The position numbers and the translations under genes were made by a program. 64,000 nucleotides of DNA, from IMG/VR virus record IMGVR_UViG_3300032222_000151, positions 54,810-118,809 of that record. One strand, written 5' to 3'. Positions within the stretch are counted from its first letter, which is position 1. Each line of letters opens with the position of its first letter. The notes under the pieces were generated by a model that saw only the letters and a list, made by a program, of their open reading frames with translations, had not been told where the DNA came from and ran no database searches. The stretch comes from a virus. Shown piece after piece: positions 1 through 10,500 of this stretch.

Positions 1-1
1 T

Positions 2-298
2 AATTGGTGTTGCAGTTACCACAGGTGCGAATTTAAAGTCCGTTGGGAAGTCATAGGAGAATGACTGAGAGGATCCAGCGGTCTGGGTTGTACTTGTAGT
101 TACCTGAACGTATCCACCGATTATACGGGCCTCTGAAGCCTTTACACTCTGCTTTCCAGAAGTAGGGGTGTCAACAGTTACATACTTATATGTTGAAGGT
201 GATACCTGAACAGACAGATCATTAATAGCCTTAACAATCTGGTAGATGTATGTAACATCTAAGGGCTGTCCTCTTTCTGGTACGGGTAGAATTGCCAT
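2..298 (-). CDS. Partial virion/tail-tip protein (MAILPVPERGQPLDV...), truncated at window edge
   Basis: Own translation from ATG at 298, open to the window start; TGGTATAAT 6 nt upstream; lies in the baseplate gene run. Confidence 0.75.
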   Translation of the reverse strand, partial: MAILPVPERGQPLDVTYIYQIVKAINDLSVQVSPSTYKYVTVDTPTSGKQSVKASEARIIGGYVQVTTSTTQTAGSSQSFSYDFPTDFKFAPVVTATPI

Positions 299-305
299 AT
301 TATAA

Positions 306-737
306 TTATACCAGAGACCTTACTCCAGAATCATAAACCTTAATTGATGAGTTTATTTCTGGCTTAATCGAAGATATCTGTACAACAACTCTTACTGAGG
401 CTGTACCATTTTTTAAAAATGAATAACTTGAGGTGTTCGATGTTCCAACATACGATGGGGCTGCACCATCAAATCCAGCAAAAACATCATACTGAACTTG
501 GATTGCGACATCTGAACCATTTGACCAGTTTACAAGAATTGTATTTCCAATAACATTTAAATCTCCTGGCAAGACCAATACGGGCTGAGATCCAACTAAA
601 AATATTTGAGACCACGCAGACTTTCTGTTTTTATCTTCTGCAACAAGTCTAAATCTTGCCACTCTACCATTTTCAGATGTTACTTTTCCTAAGAACTCTT
701 TCTTTACGATAACATTCTTTATTCCTGGATCAGCCAT
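306..737 (-). CDS. Hypothetical baseplate/tail protein, beta-rich
   Basis: 143-aa ORF coupled to the upstream gene; position in tail module. Confidence 0.6.
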   Translation of the reverse strand: MADPGIKNVIVKKEFLGKVTSENGRVARFRLVAEDKNRKSAWSQIFLVGSQPVLVLPGDLNVIGNTILVNWSNGSDVAIQVQYDVFAGFDGAAPSYVGTSNTSSYSFLKNGTASVRVVVQISSIKPEINSSIKVYDSGVRSLV

Positions 738-2086
738 TATAGAACATCCAAAGAGAATCTAAACTCTATATAGTTTGTTGTGTTTGCTGACTTAATGATT
801 GTTTTTGCATCTGCATTTTTAATTACAGAGTATCCAGTTAATCCGTAGACAGAGTTTGTTGATGTAACATTTTCTAGTCTAACCGCATCTAAACATACAT
901 AGAAATCTGATGTAGGCTCTTCGTCCTTAATTACGCATGCATATATTCTTACAGTATTGATTTCTGACCAAGAGAAGTCTGTGCTCTTGTACAAATCCTG
1001 AAGTTCTTTTGATACAACAAAATATCTATTTTCAGAAAAATCATTGTCTTCTCCAGAAACAACTGCCTCAAACCTAGCCCATTTTCCAGTTCCAAATGTT
1101 CCAGTTGATGAAAACTCTATCATGATTCGAACCTCATCTGGAATTGTTACTGCTTCTCCATTTTTATTTATAACAGAAAAAGCAAGCCGTAGTTCATCTG
1201 TTGGAGAGTTTTTGCTAAAGTCAATTGTTGTGTCGCTGAGTTGAATAAAGTTTGATCCAGTCTCTGCTATCAAATGATTTTCAGAGTTTATGGTTATGTC
1301 AGAATTGTTTCCTGATATTGCAAAAATATTATTTAAAAATCTACATCTTTCATATCGTGCAACTCTATCAGAGTTAGTAAAAACTTTATTGTCTGCATTG
1401 GTTTGAAAAACTGGATATATTTGATTTATTATGTTTGTTTCAACATCATTAATTAAATAGCCAGCAGACACAAAAGTACCAGTAACTGATGACGGGGCAG
1501 TTGATATAGTAAACGTAGTTGGCGTTGGCACTGTTGCAATGTTTTTGTTTGATAAATTAAATACAACTGGAGATATCTCAGATATTGAAATCTCAGTTCC
1601 TACAGATAGTCCGTGTGCTGCGTCAGTTGTGTATGTTATTGTTGTTCCAGATGCTACGGCATTTATTATTCTTACAACTCTATCATCTAGTGGCTCATAA
1701 ATAGAAGGAATTTCTGTTCCCTGTGATGAGTATTTCCATCCTTCTGAATCAGAAAATGAATAAACATTCTTGCTATCAAACGATCCAGCAGCAGGATTTG
1801 AGGCTGCAGAAAATATTCCTACCTCTGTTATCTCATATCTTTCCTGAGTTGGTAACTCTGCTGTAAGAACAACCTTTGATACCCCGCCCTCATTGACGAA
1901 TCCACGAGATATGATTGGCACACGAAACATTTCAAAGTCAAGTGATTTCTTGTCTGAGTAATCTCCTAGTGTTCCGTCTAGCGGTATAGGAGATGGTCCA
2001 CAGCCGACTGCAATATGGGAGGCATAAGATGGTGTTTGACCTACAAGGTACTTTGCTAGGATATTCTTACCTGTATTAGTTATCAT
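737..2086 (-). CDS. Baseplate/tail protein
   Basis: 449 aa; N-terminus MITNTGKNILAKYL..HIAVG resembles phage baseplate/tail-collar proteins; internal beta-barrel-like insert (ITYTTDAAHGLSVG). Confidence 0.6.
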   Translation of the reverse strand: MITNTGKNILAKYLVGQTPSYASHIAVGCGPSPIPLDGTLGDYSDKKSLDFEMFRVPIISRGFVNEGGVSKVVLTAELPTQERYEITEVGIFSAASNPAAGSFDSKNVYSFSDSEGWKYSSQGTEIPSIYEPLDDRVVRIINAVASGTTITYTTDAAHGLSVGTEISISEISPVVFNLSNKNIATVPTPTTFTISTAPSSVTGTFVSAGYLINDVETNIINQIYPVFQTNADNKVFTNSDRVARYERCRFLNNIFAISGNNSDITINSENHLIAETGSNFIQLSDTTIDFSKNSPTDELRLAFSVINKNGEAVTIPDEVRIMIEFSSTGTFGTGKWARFEAVVSGEDNDFSENRYFVVSKELQDLYKSTDFSWSEINTVRIYACVIKDEEPTSDFYVCLDAVRLENVTSTNSVYGLTGYSVIKNADAKTIIKSANTTNYIEFRFSLDVL

Positions 2087-2602
2087 TTAATTTCCTCCAC
2101 TATATATTGTACCATCATAGACATCTCCACTTGTCAACACCTGAACCTCTGCCTGCTCGCCATCTTTTATATTTATAAGGTTAATTATTAAGTCTCCACT
2201 TATTGGATCTATATATACAGACTTGCAATTTGGAACCTTCACACCGTCGACCAAATCATAACCATTTCCACATTCTGGCAAGTGATCTAATATAGAAAGA
2301 GATAAAGACTTAAAGAATGAGTCTGAAGACTGAAGCCTCAGAACATTGTTAGGATTATATTGCAAGTATAAATCTGTTAAGTTTTTGATTGGTGTGTATA
2401 TAATCTTTTGACCATTAACCAAGTCGTGTCTAGAGATTGTTGCTAGTTCGTGTCCACCAATATCTTCAAATATTAGGTCTGTCATTATATCGATAGACAT
2501 AACATCTTGATCTTGAAGAATTAAATCAGGAGTAGCAATTTTTACTGAATCATCATCTTCTGATGCTTTTGGATCTGGAAGATCTGCTGTTGCATTAACC
2601 AT
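2087..2602 (-). CDS. Hypothetical tail protein
   Basis: 171-aa acidic ORF abutting both neighbours in the tail operon. Confidence 0.6.
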   Translation of the reverse strand: MVNATADLPDPKASEDDDSVKIATPDLILQDQDVMSIDIMTDLIFEDIGGHELATISRHDLVNGQKIIYTPIKNLTDLYLQYNPNNVLRLQSSDSFFKSLSLSILDHLPECGNGYDLVDGVKVPNCKSVYIDPISGDLIINLINIKDGEQAEVQVLTSGDVYDGTIYSGGN

Positions 2603-2604
2603 TA

Positions 2605-5600
2605 CTATACCACCTCACTTAAGAACAATGTCATGTCTGGCCCATCTGGACCTTTTGTATAATCTATATTATATACTACAAACCTACTTGATGGTGATGA
2701 CACCATGCTTACACCCTTTTCTTCATAGTCAAGTGTAACGATATCTCCAAGTTGTATTGTTGGTATTGCAAAAATCTTAACTCCTACAGACCTTCTAGGC
2801 TTGGTTATTTTTTCAACAAGCCACTTCATCAAGGTGTTTGCTTCATCATAAGACTGAATATATGGTGTGTCTAAAGCAAAATCCATTTTACCGTATGTCA
2901 TTCTGCTTAACTTTATGTCCTGATAGTCTTGTTTAAATTTATATGGATTAGATATTAATTTTTCTGCAGCAAACTCAGGATTTGACAACATACTATTTCT
3001 ATTAAAATATTCATCAAGAGTTATCTTGTTTTCAGACTCCTGAGTAAATGTAACGCCCTGAACTCTAAGATAGTTTCCAGTTGTCTCATCTAGACTTATG
3101 GCTGTGTCTGTTGCATTAAATATTATGAACTCTGCGCCGTATGAGCCAGCCCTGAATCCTGATACAACATACCCCTTTATTTTATTAAAGGTTGGAGATA
3201 TTTTTGCTGTTAAGGCTGGGAAGGCTTTGTCATACTTAAAGTTAAATGTTGCTGCTTCTCTCATTATGCTTCCAAACTCTTCAAAATATATTTTATACTT
3301 TGGTGCTTCGGAAGTTCCAATTCCAGATAGATATGTGTTTTGAATTAGTCCGCTAAGAGCATACTTTCTGAAAGATTCATTGACATCAATATCTGAGTCT
3401 CCAAAAACTGAGTTGACTGGCGCACCAAGAGAGAATGTGGTGTTCTGTGAATAGTTGTTGCACAGAGCATAGACATTTTCAAACATAGCCCTTGATGATC
3501 CTCGTGAGAACAAAGCAATGTTTGAGTATACTGGCAGTGGCTCAAGGTCATCTACAGTCTTAATTAGTCTGCCATTCATGTATAGGTAGAATCTTCTTGT
3601 TCTCCCTATGTCTTCATATTCTACTGCTAAATCGTATACCGTTGGATTTTCCTCAGCAACAATTCTTGACTGTCCTGTAAATCTTCCATCGTCAACAGTG
3701 ATCTGACCAAGACCATCCCACAACTTTACTGGGATTGCCTTTCCGTTTTCTGATTTAATCTTATAAAAGAAAACATTGCTTACAGTTTCTCTTTCTTCTT
3801 CAGAAAGATTTCCAACTCCTAGAGCAGCAATTTCAAAGTAGTATCCTACGTTTGTTGTTGGATTTAGCATGAAAGCAAGACCACCAGAACCTCCAGATAT
3901 ATTAATGTTTTTATCTGGTGTGCTACCCTTTACAACATAATATGTAGAAGATCCATTTGATGTTTGTCCTCTGTCAGCATTGTTTTCTATCTTGCCAACT
4001 AGTCTCATTCTTGTTCCAAAATGCTTGTATTTGTTTTCCTCTAACGATCTATGAACGTAAGAGATAAAGTCTCTTGGCTTTTCTTTAGTGGTAAAGTTTG
4101 GTCCAGTAAGAGAGAGCGCTGAAGACTGAAGTGTTCCACTTTGAACCTGGGTAGAAGTGTTAACCTCTTCTATAAAAGATGTTGACATAAAGTTTTTAAT
4201 AATTCCGCTTCTAGAAGAAGTTCGTGCTAGAGCATCTGAAGAAACTCCAGCCCCAGTTGTTTTACCTGCTGCAGAAATTGTTGTTGTTGGAATTGTCAAA
4301 TCTTTTTCAAATAGATATTCTGATGCCATAGAGCATCCCTTAACGTTATCGTCTGACTTCCAGTAATCTGCTATTCCAGCAGAGTGTGCAACAATCTGAG
4401 TTCCAAACTGACCACGACCATGCTTTTGAACATCTCCATTTTGTAAGGCGATGACTCCATCCTTCTCAAAATACTTTGGCTCAGAATATATTCTTACTAG
4501 GCCAGTTGGATATATCTTTCCATTAAATGGCAACTTTGCAAAATAGTTTTGATAATCTTCTGTAGATGTTATCCACACATTGCCAAACCCAGAAACATTA
4601 TATTGCACTGCATCATACTTTATAATTTCTCCTTGAGAGTAAAAGTATCCATTGTATCGTGTAATCCAGTAGGCTGCTTCTCCAAGACTAAGAGTATTGT
4701 TTATAACAATATTGTTTTTAACAACTGGAACATCTGCTGAAAGATCTGAGTTTAAAGGAATTGCACTTAGAACATATGCTGATTGAGTTCCTACTTCATT
4801 ATTGATAGACTTTGTATTTTGACTTCCAGAAACTTCCCATAGCAGTGATGGCTTATATGTGTAGTATCTTTCATTATCTACAAGGCTTGCTTGTCTTAAA
4901 GATCCAATAGATCTTTGAATATGTCTTACCTTATAATTTATTACTCCGTCATTATATACAGAGTTGGCTTGTGTTGATACAGAAATTATGTTAGCCAACT
5001 TTGTCTTTGTTGTTTTGTTTTTAAGTTCTCGATCTTCTATAAAATCTTGTGTTCCCTGGAGTGCAAAGGTGGCTGGTCTTTGTGCTGCAGTTGGCATAAT
5101 GTAGTCTTTACTCATCATTACAAAGTTGTTGTATTCGTCAAAAAACATTGCTGTCTGAGTTGATATAGCCAAATCCTGAAGAACCTGTGCAACACTTTTA
5201 TCTGGAGCAACAAAAAAATATGGAATAATTATTTCTTTTTCGTTCGCCACTCTTTTAAATGTATAGTTTGAAAATCCTATATGGTCTAAAAGCAAAGATA
5301 CTGCAGAACTTACTGACACTTCTGTCATTAAAATTTCTGGAGCAGTTAATGACTCAAGGTACCAATACATATCTCTAAGAGACATTGACACACGCTTTGA
5401 CATTAGATCTTGCTTTGGAAATGAGTCTGAGTATAGCGTCTTTATTGGAACATAATAATCCCAACCATCCACATCAACAATTACCTCATAAAACTTAAAC
5501 TGAGCATGCCTGTTAATATACTTTGAAATAATGCTAGTTGTATTATTAGAGTTAAAGGCTTGATCATAATCAAATAAAGTTATCTGTCCATTTGAAGCAA

Positions 5601-6894
5601 TCAACTGTCCTACTGGCAAACCAGATAGTCCAAGGTCTGATGCACTTTTGTTTATTGAGTAGTCAAGTGTTTTGTCAGAAACATTTAGAACAAGTCTAGG
5701 GGAGATCTCAATAAGATCAAAAGTGGAGTCCTTTACGTTCATAGTATCTACAACAATTCTTACGCCACTGATATATTCAAACTCTCTATACTGTGGCTTT
5801 GAATCTATCATTCTAATAAACATATTTGGAGATGTTGCATCTGTTACAAAGTTAGTTAATCTATCTACAGTCTCATCTTGTATATACCATCCATACTTTG
5901 GCACCTTCACTACATACTCTGTACCGTCCCAAATATGGTACTCACCGATATCATTTTCATTTTCTTTAATCAAATAAGCATATCCAACTACTGACTGCTC
6001 TGGAAGAAGTGCTGCGCTTGTGTAGGTTTCTGCTATAACAAAGTTAAGTCTCCAGTCTTCTGGGACAACTAGGCCATATGCAATTTCTACATACCCATCG
6101 CTTTTTATTATTGAAGAACCATCTCTTCTTCTTATCGCTGGATCAAAAGATATAACAGTCTCCCAATTTCCGTCTTTAAGAAATTGAATTTTCCATTTAC
6201 TAGGAGTTTTTTGATTTAATTCGCCAAAGAATGGATCTGCATAAGCGCCTGACGGTGATGAGAACGGACCAAGGTTTTCTGTACCAGTATGCGTCTGCAT
6301 TTTAACCACAACTCTGTTTGTTGGTATTTTTTCTTTATACACAACAAAAGGACAGGCATCCTCAATTGAGTACTGGGATCCACGAACCTTTGATGCAATG
6401 CCATACTCCTGACCTGACTCTGTTCTGTATGAGGTCCAATATTTAAACTTGTCATTTCTGTCTGGCATATAGTATCTTGGTCTGTCTGCCATTACAAGAT
6501 TTGGATGATGAACTTTTCCATTTTCAAAAAATACTGCCTTGTTGATTCCAGATCTTGGTCTAAACTGGCCAAAGCAATCCTCTAAAGAATATAGACTTTT
6601 TAATTTTTCTTTCTTTGTTAGAAGAGTTGTTGGAATTCCTTCGTCATCAATCGTTCCATCAACAAGCACATCTGCATCTGTTGCTCCTGTATAAAAGTTT
6701 CCAGCATCATTAATATCAAAACTTGTAGGTAGTGATGAGTATATTGAACCAGACTGCGTTGGCCTATATCTATAATTTCCTATCTGCTTAATGTTTGTTG
6801 GAATGTTCATGTTCCACTCAGCAGTTATGATTGACTTATTTCTTATTACCGATGAAGTTTCTAAGAAGTTTTGTAAATCTTTATCTTCAAACAT
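2605..6894 (-). CDS. Large minor tail protein (baseplate hub/Tal-like)
   Basis: 1429 aa, second gene after tape measure; C-terminal IQLGDIVTLDY..FVVYNIDY resembles hub/central-fibre ends. Confidence 0.65.
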   Translation of the reverse strand: MFEDKDLQNFLETSSVIRNKSIITAEWNMNIPTNIKQIGNYRYRPTQSGSIYSSLPTSFDINDAGNFYTGATDADVLVDGTIDDEGIPTTLLTKKEKLKSLYSLEDCFGQFRPRSGINKAVFFENGKVHHPNLVMADRPRYYMPDRNDKFKYWTSYRTESGQEYGIASKVRGSQYSIEDACPFVVYKEKIPTNRVVVKMQTHTGTENLGPFSSPSGAYADPFFGELNQKTPSKWKIQFLKDGNWETVISFDPAIRRRDGSSIIKSDGYVEIAYGLVVPEDWRLNFVIAETYTSAALLPEQSVVGYAYLIKENENDIGEYHIWDGTEYVVKVPKYGWYIQDETVDRLTNFVTDATSPNMFIRMIDSKPQYREFEYISGVRIVVDTMNVKDSTFDLIEISPRLVLNVSDKTLDYSINKSASDLGLSGLPVGQLIASNGQITLFDYDQAFNSNNTTSIISKYINRHAQFKFYEVIVDVDGWDYYVPIKTLYSDSFPKQDLMSKRVSMSLRDMYWYLESLTAPEILMTEVSVSSAVSLLLDHIGFSNYTFKRVANEKEIIIPYFFVAPDKSVAQVLQDLAISTQTAMFFDEYNNFVMMSKDYIMPTAAQRPATFALQGTQDFIEDRELKNKTTKTKLANIISVSTQANSVYNDGVINYKVRHIQRSIGSLRQASLVDNERYYTYKPSLLWEVSGSQNTKSINNEVGTQSAYVLSAIPLNSDLSADVPVVKNNIVINNTLSLGEAAYWITRYNGYFYSQGEIIKYDAVQYNVSGFGNVWITSTEDYQNYFAKLPFNGKIYPTGLVRIYSEPKYFEKDGVIALQNGDVQKHGRGQFGTQIVAHSAGIADYWKSDDNVKGCSMASEYLFEKDLTIPTTTISAAGKTTGAGVSSDALARTSSRSGIIKNFMSTSFIEEVNTSTQVQSGTLQSSALSLTGPNFTTKEKPRDFISYVHRSLEENKYKHFGTRMRLVGKIENNADRGQTSNGSSTYYVVKGSTPDKNINISGGSGGLAFMLNPTTNVGYYFEIAALGVGNLSEEERETVSNVFFYKIKSENGKAIPVKLWDGLGQITVDDGRFTGQSRIVAEENPTVYDLAVEYEDIGRTRRFYLYMNGRLIKTVDDLEPLPVYSNIALFSRGSSRAMFENVYALCNNYSQNTTFSLGAPVNSVFGDSDIDVNESFRKYALSGLIQNTYLSGIGTSEAPKYKIYFEEFGSIMREAATFNFKYDKAFPALTAKISPTFNKIKGYVVSGFRAGSYGAEFIIFNATDTAISLDETTGNYLRVQGVTFTQESENKITLDEYFNRNSMLSNPEFAAEKLISNPYKFKQDYQDIKLSRMTYGKMDFALDTPYIQSYDEANTLMKWLVEKITKPRRSVGVKIFAIPTIQLGDIVTLDYEEKGVSMVSSPSSRFVVYNIDYTKGPDGPDMTLFLSEVV

Positions 6895-7532
6895 TATACT
6901 TCTTCCAAGGTAACTGAGACATTCCAGTAATCAAACTTGGTGCCTCTCTTTTCAACAGAGTATGAAAACTCTGATATAAACATCTCTACTAGTTGATTGT
7001 ATTGTGAAAGGTGGTCGTACGGTGCTTCTGTGCCCTTAAAAATACCCTTCCTGTCATATGCAAGGAATACCCAGAAAGAACCTTTGTGACCGTCGTACCA
7101 TTCAAGCATGTCTGCTCCGCCTGCGCCTCCATCAGTTGTGTAGGCTTTGTATGGGGAAAGTCCAGTCTCCTGATTAAAACTAGGGATGTTTGCATGTGAC
7201 CTTGATGGAATCATATCCCAACTAGTACTGATCTTCATCTTGTCTGCAATATGATAAGATCTCATACGACCATTTATCATTCTCTCCCGCTTTTCAATAC
7301 GCTCATCTGAAAACTCAAGAGGAGATCTATTGTCGTCTGTAAGCATTAAGAATTGCTCTATTAGCGCTGGATCTGTTATATCTACAGGATCTGCGCCTAC
7401 CTCAAGACCGTAAGGTATATATAAACCATTAATCAGGGTGCCAGAGTTTTCAGACCAAAGCATTCCGCTTGGTCTATGATATTTCTTACGACTTTGCATG
7501 TATGTATACCTTGGATCAACTTCATCTGCCAT
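6894..7532 (-). CDS. Distal tail (Dit-like) minor tail protein
   Basis: 212 aa directly after tape measure; RERMINGRMRSY and WNVSVTLEEV ending typical of this position. Confidence 0.6.
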   Translation of the reverse strand: MADEVDPRYTYMQSRKKYHRPSGMLWSENSGTLINGLYIPYGLEVGADPVDITDPALIEQFLMLTDDNRSPLEFSDERIEKRERMINGRMRSYHIADKMKISTSWDMIPSRSHANIPSFNQETGLSPYKAYTTDGGAGGADMLEWYDGHKGSFWVFLAYDRKGIFKGTEAPYDHLSQYNQLVEMFISEFSYSVEKRGTKFDYWNVSVTLEEV

Positions 7533-10500
7533 TTATGTTTACCCCCCTAATTCTTCTATCATCTACCTGCTTGATTGTTGACATTACTGCCTGTGCAATT
7601 TCATTTGGATTAGCATTTGTCTTGGCATTAACAGTTAATGTATATGTATTATTATACACTGAACCGCCAATGGAATCGCCCTTATTAATCTTTCTCATGG
7701 TGTCTACTCCATAAGAGTCTACTGCGTACTTGCTCATTATGAATTCTCCAGGAGTTAACATTGCTGGAACTGTATCAGTCCCCTTGGCAAAACCACCGAA
7801 TGAGAAGTACTTAGGAATTAGTCCTCCAGTTGACCAGTTTCCAAATGCATTTGCTGCTGCTGCATTACCGCCAAACTTCTTTAATATTTCTTCTTGCTTT
7901 CTCTTTGCATCCTTTGCTGCTGCTGCTGCACGAGCAGAATCTGCTGAAGCATTTTCTTTTGCTTTTTTGGCTGCTGCTGCATCTCTTGCTGCTGCATCTC
8001 TTACTGCTTTTTCTTGTGCAAGCATTCCAGGAGTTGGCTTCATAGCATTTTGTATTGCTGCAGCATTTTGTTGATCATACAAACTCTTCAAGTGAAGTCC
8101 TGGAGTTGTTCCAGCATTTTTCATTACGTCTGCAACATTCATATTTTGTTCAAATAGCATTAAGTTCTTTTTTGCATCCAGTGCCATTCTGTCTAGATCT
8201 TCTCTATGCAAAAGTGAACTGTTGTAGAATGGATCAGATGTGTTATTGTTCTTTGCTGGAGTTGTACCACTATTATTTTTTGAGCCCCCAGTAGATCCAT
8301 CTGGTGTGCTTCCAGCATTTCCTCTAAACTCTGGATTAGTTCCTGTAGAACCATTACTGCCTGGGTTTATTTTAGGATCATCATCTCCGCCTGTATCGGT
8401 TCCTGTAGCAGTTCCTGTACCAGTTACAGTAGGAGTTCCTGTAGTAGTTCCTGTAGGGTTTATTGGATCAGTATTAACCTTTTGATTTTCATATGCTGTT
8501 ATTAGTTTTGGATATATATCTAATGCATCCTGCATTGCTTTAACAAACTGAGCGCTCTTAATTCTTGCAAGATCTACAAGGTTTTTAATTCCTTCCCATT
8601 CTGCTCTTGTCTTTCCAAGAACAGTTATGCCATCAATCTCTTTCTTTAACTGAATCTCTCTTAGTCTTATTAATTCTTGTGCTGGCTCTAACTTTTTTTC
8701 TTCTATGTCAAAGATCTCATCTTGAAGTTTTTTAATTTCTGCTTCAAGTTGCTTTCTTGTTTTTCCATCTTTTGTCTTAACTCCTGAGAGTTCAAACTCT
8801 CTTGACTTCTCTAAAGCGTCCTTTTGCTTTGTGGCAGCATCTGCAGCCTCTTTAGCCCTCATGTCTTGAGCAGCCCTTGCTGCTGCTGCGATATCTCCAG
8901 AGGTCAGGGCTTCCGCTAGTGTTAACTGACCCTTTTGCTGTTCAGAAATTGCTGCATTTGCTTTTTCTACCTGATCTAGGGCAGCAATTCTTTCATCATA
9001 TTTTTCATTAATCTTCTTTTCTTGCTCTTCTATCTGCTTTAGGCCTGCCTCTTTGTCATCTATGTCAAACTGTTTTTTTGCAATTTCATTTTGAGCGGCT
9101 TCAATGTCTTTGTTTGCCTGTTTTGTATCAATATCAAACTTTAGTTGGTATTTTTTTTCTTCAACATCAAAAGCCTCTGTTGCCTTATTGAATCCGTCTT
9201 GGAATATTTCTTCCATTCCAGGAATAGTCATCTTCTTAATTTTTAGTTCTACATTGGCCTTATCCAAAGTTAACTGTAGCAACTTCTTAAATCTTTCACT
9301 GTCTATTCCAAACTCAAGCATAACTGCTTGAAGTGCTGGACTATCTAAAATTGCTGCTATTGTGTCACTAGACAATCCAGAAAGATCTTTTGTCATCTTT
9401 GCTAAAATCTTTGCTCTATTTTCTAAGTCAGTAGTTTCACCAGTAGCCAACTGTATTGCAGCCATTTCTCTCTGAGCCTTAGTTGCTTTCTTCGCTGCTG
9501 CAGTTATCTTCTTTAATTCTGCATCTGTTAGTCTCTTATTAGCAACTGCTGCAGCAAAAGTAGCATCTGCTACTGCTTCTAGGGCTACAGACCCATCAAC
9601 TCCAGCAGCCTGAAGTCTCTTTAGTGCTGTAACCTGGTCACCAATTTGTCTTGACATTTTTTCTTGTTCGCTTACAAACTCTCCAAGTTTGACTGACTGA
9701 AGGGCATCTCCAATGCTTCTAGCATTATCTTTTATCTTTGTTATGTTGCCCTTTTTGTCAAACTCAAACAGAGATTTCTTTCTCTTTTCGTATTCTTTTG
9801 GATCCATACCAGTAATAAGATCAATTAGGTCTTCTCCTGCTCCTAATGATCTCATATCATTTTCTATACCGCTAAATATTTTAATAGTCTTGCTTCCACC
9901 AAACAAGTTGTTCAGTGCCTTTTGTGATGCTCCCCAGCCTTCTGTAACCTTGATCTGGTTCTTTCTTACATCTCTTAAACGCTTAACTAAATCGTCTAGT
10001 TCTGACGACTGAACCTTATTGCCACCACCACTACTGCTGCTACTTGATGTTGGTGCGTTTGCAGTAATTTGTGTGTTATTAGTTACAGCCTTAAATCCTT
10101 GTGCTTCCTTGTACTTTTGGATTTTAAATGCAACGCTTCCCTTAACTCCAGCACCACCTCGTGGTCCAGTCTCTTTCAACCAAGCCTGGTAGTCGTCATC
10201 TGCTACGATCTGTGGATCTGGAATATTTATAACTGAAGCAATTGTAGTTGTGTAGACCTGCTTTTGATCATCTGTTAATGATTTAAAGTATGTCTCATCA
10301 AAGGCTGCGCTACCTCTTAGTTCTGGAATGATATTGTATACAGCATCTATAGTCTTTGGTTTTTGAGTTTCAATTGCATCTAGAACTCTATTTAATTCAT
10401 CGTATGCAGCCTTGTTTTTAGGATCAATGTAAAAGCCTACAAGGAAGTCAGAAGGAATTACTGAATTAAGATTATTTAGTTTAATTATATTCTTTGTAAA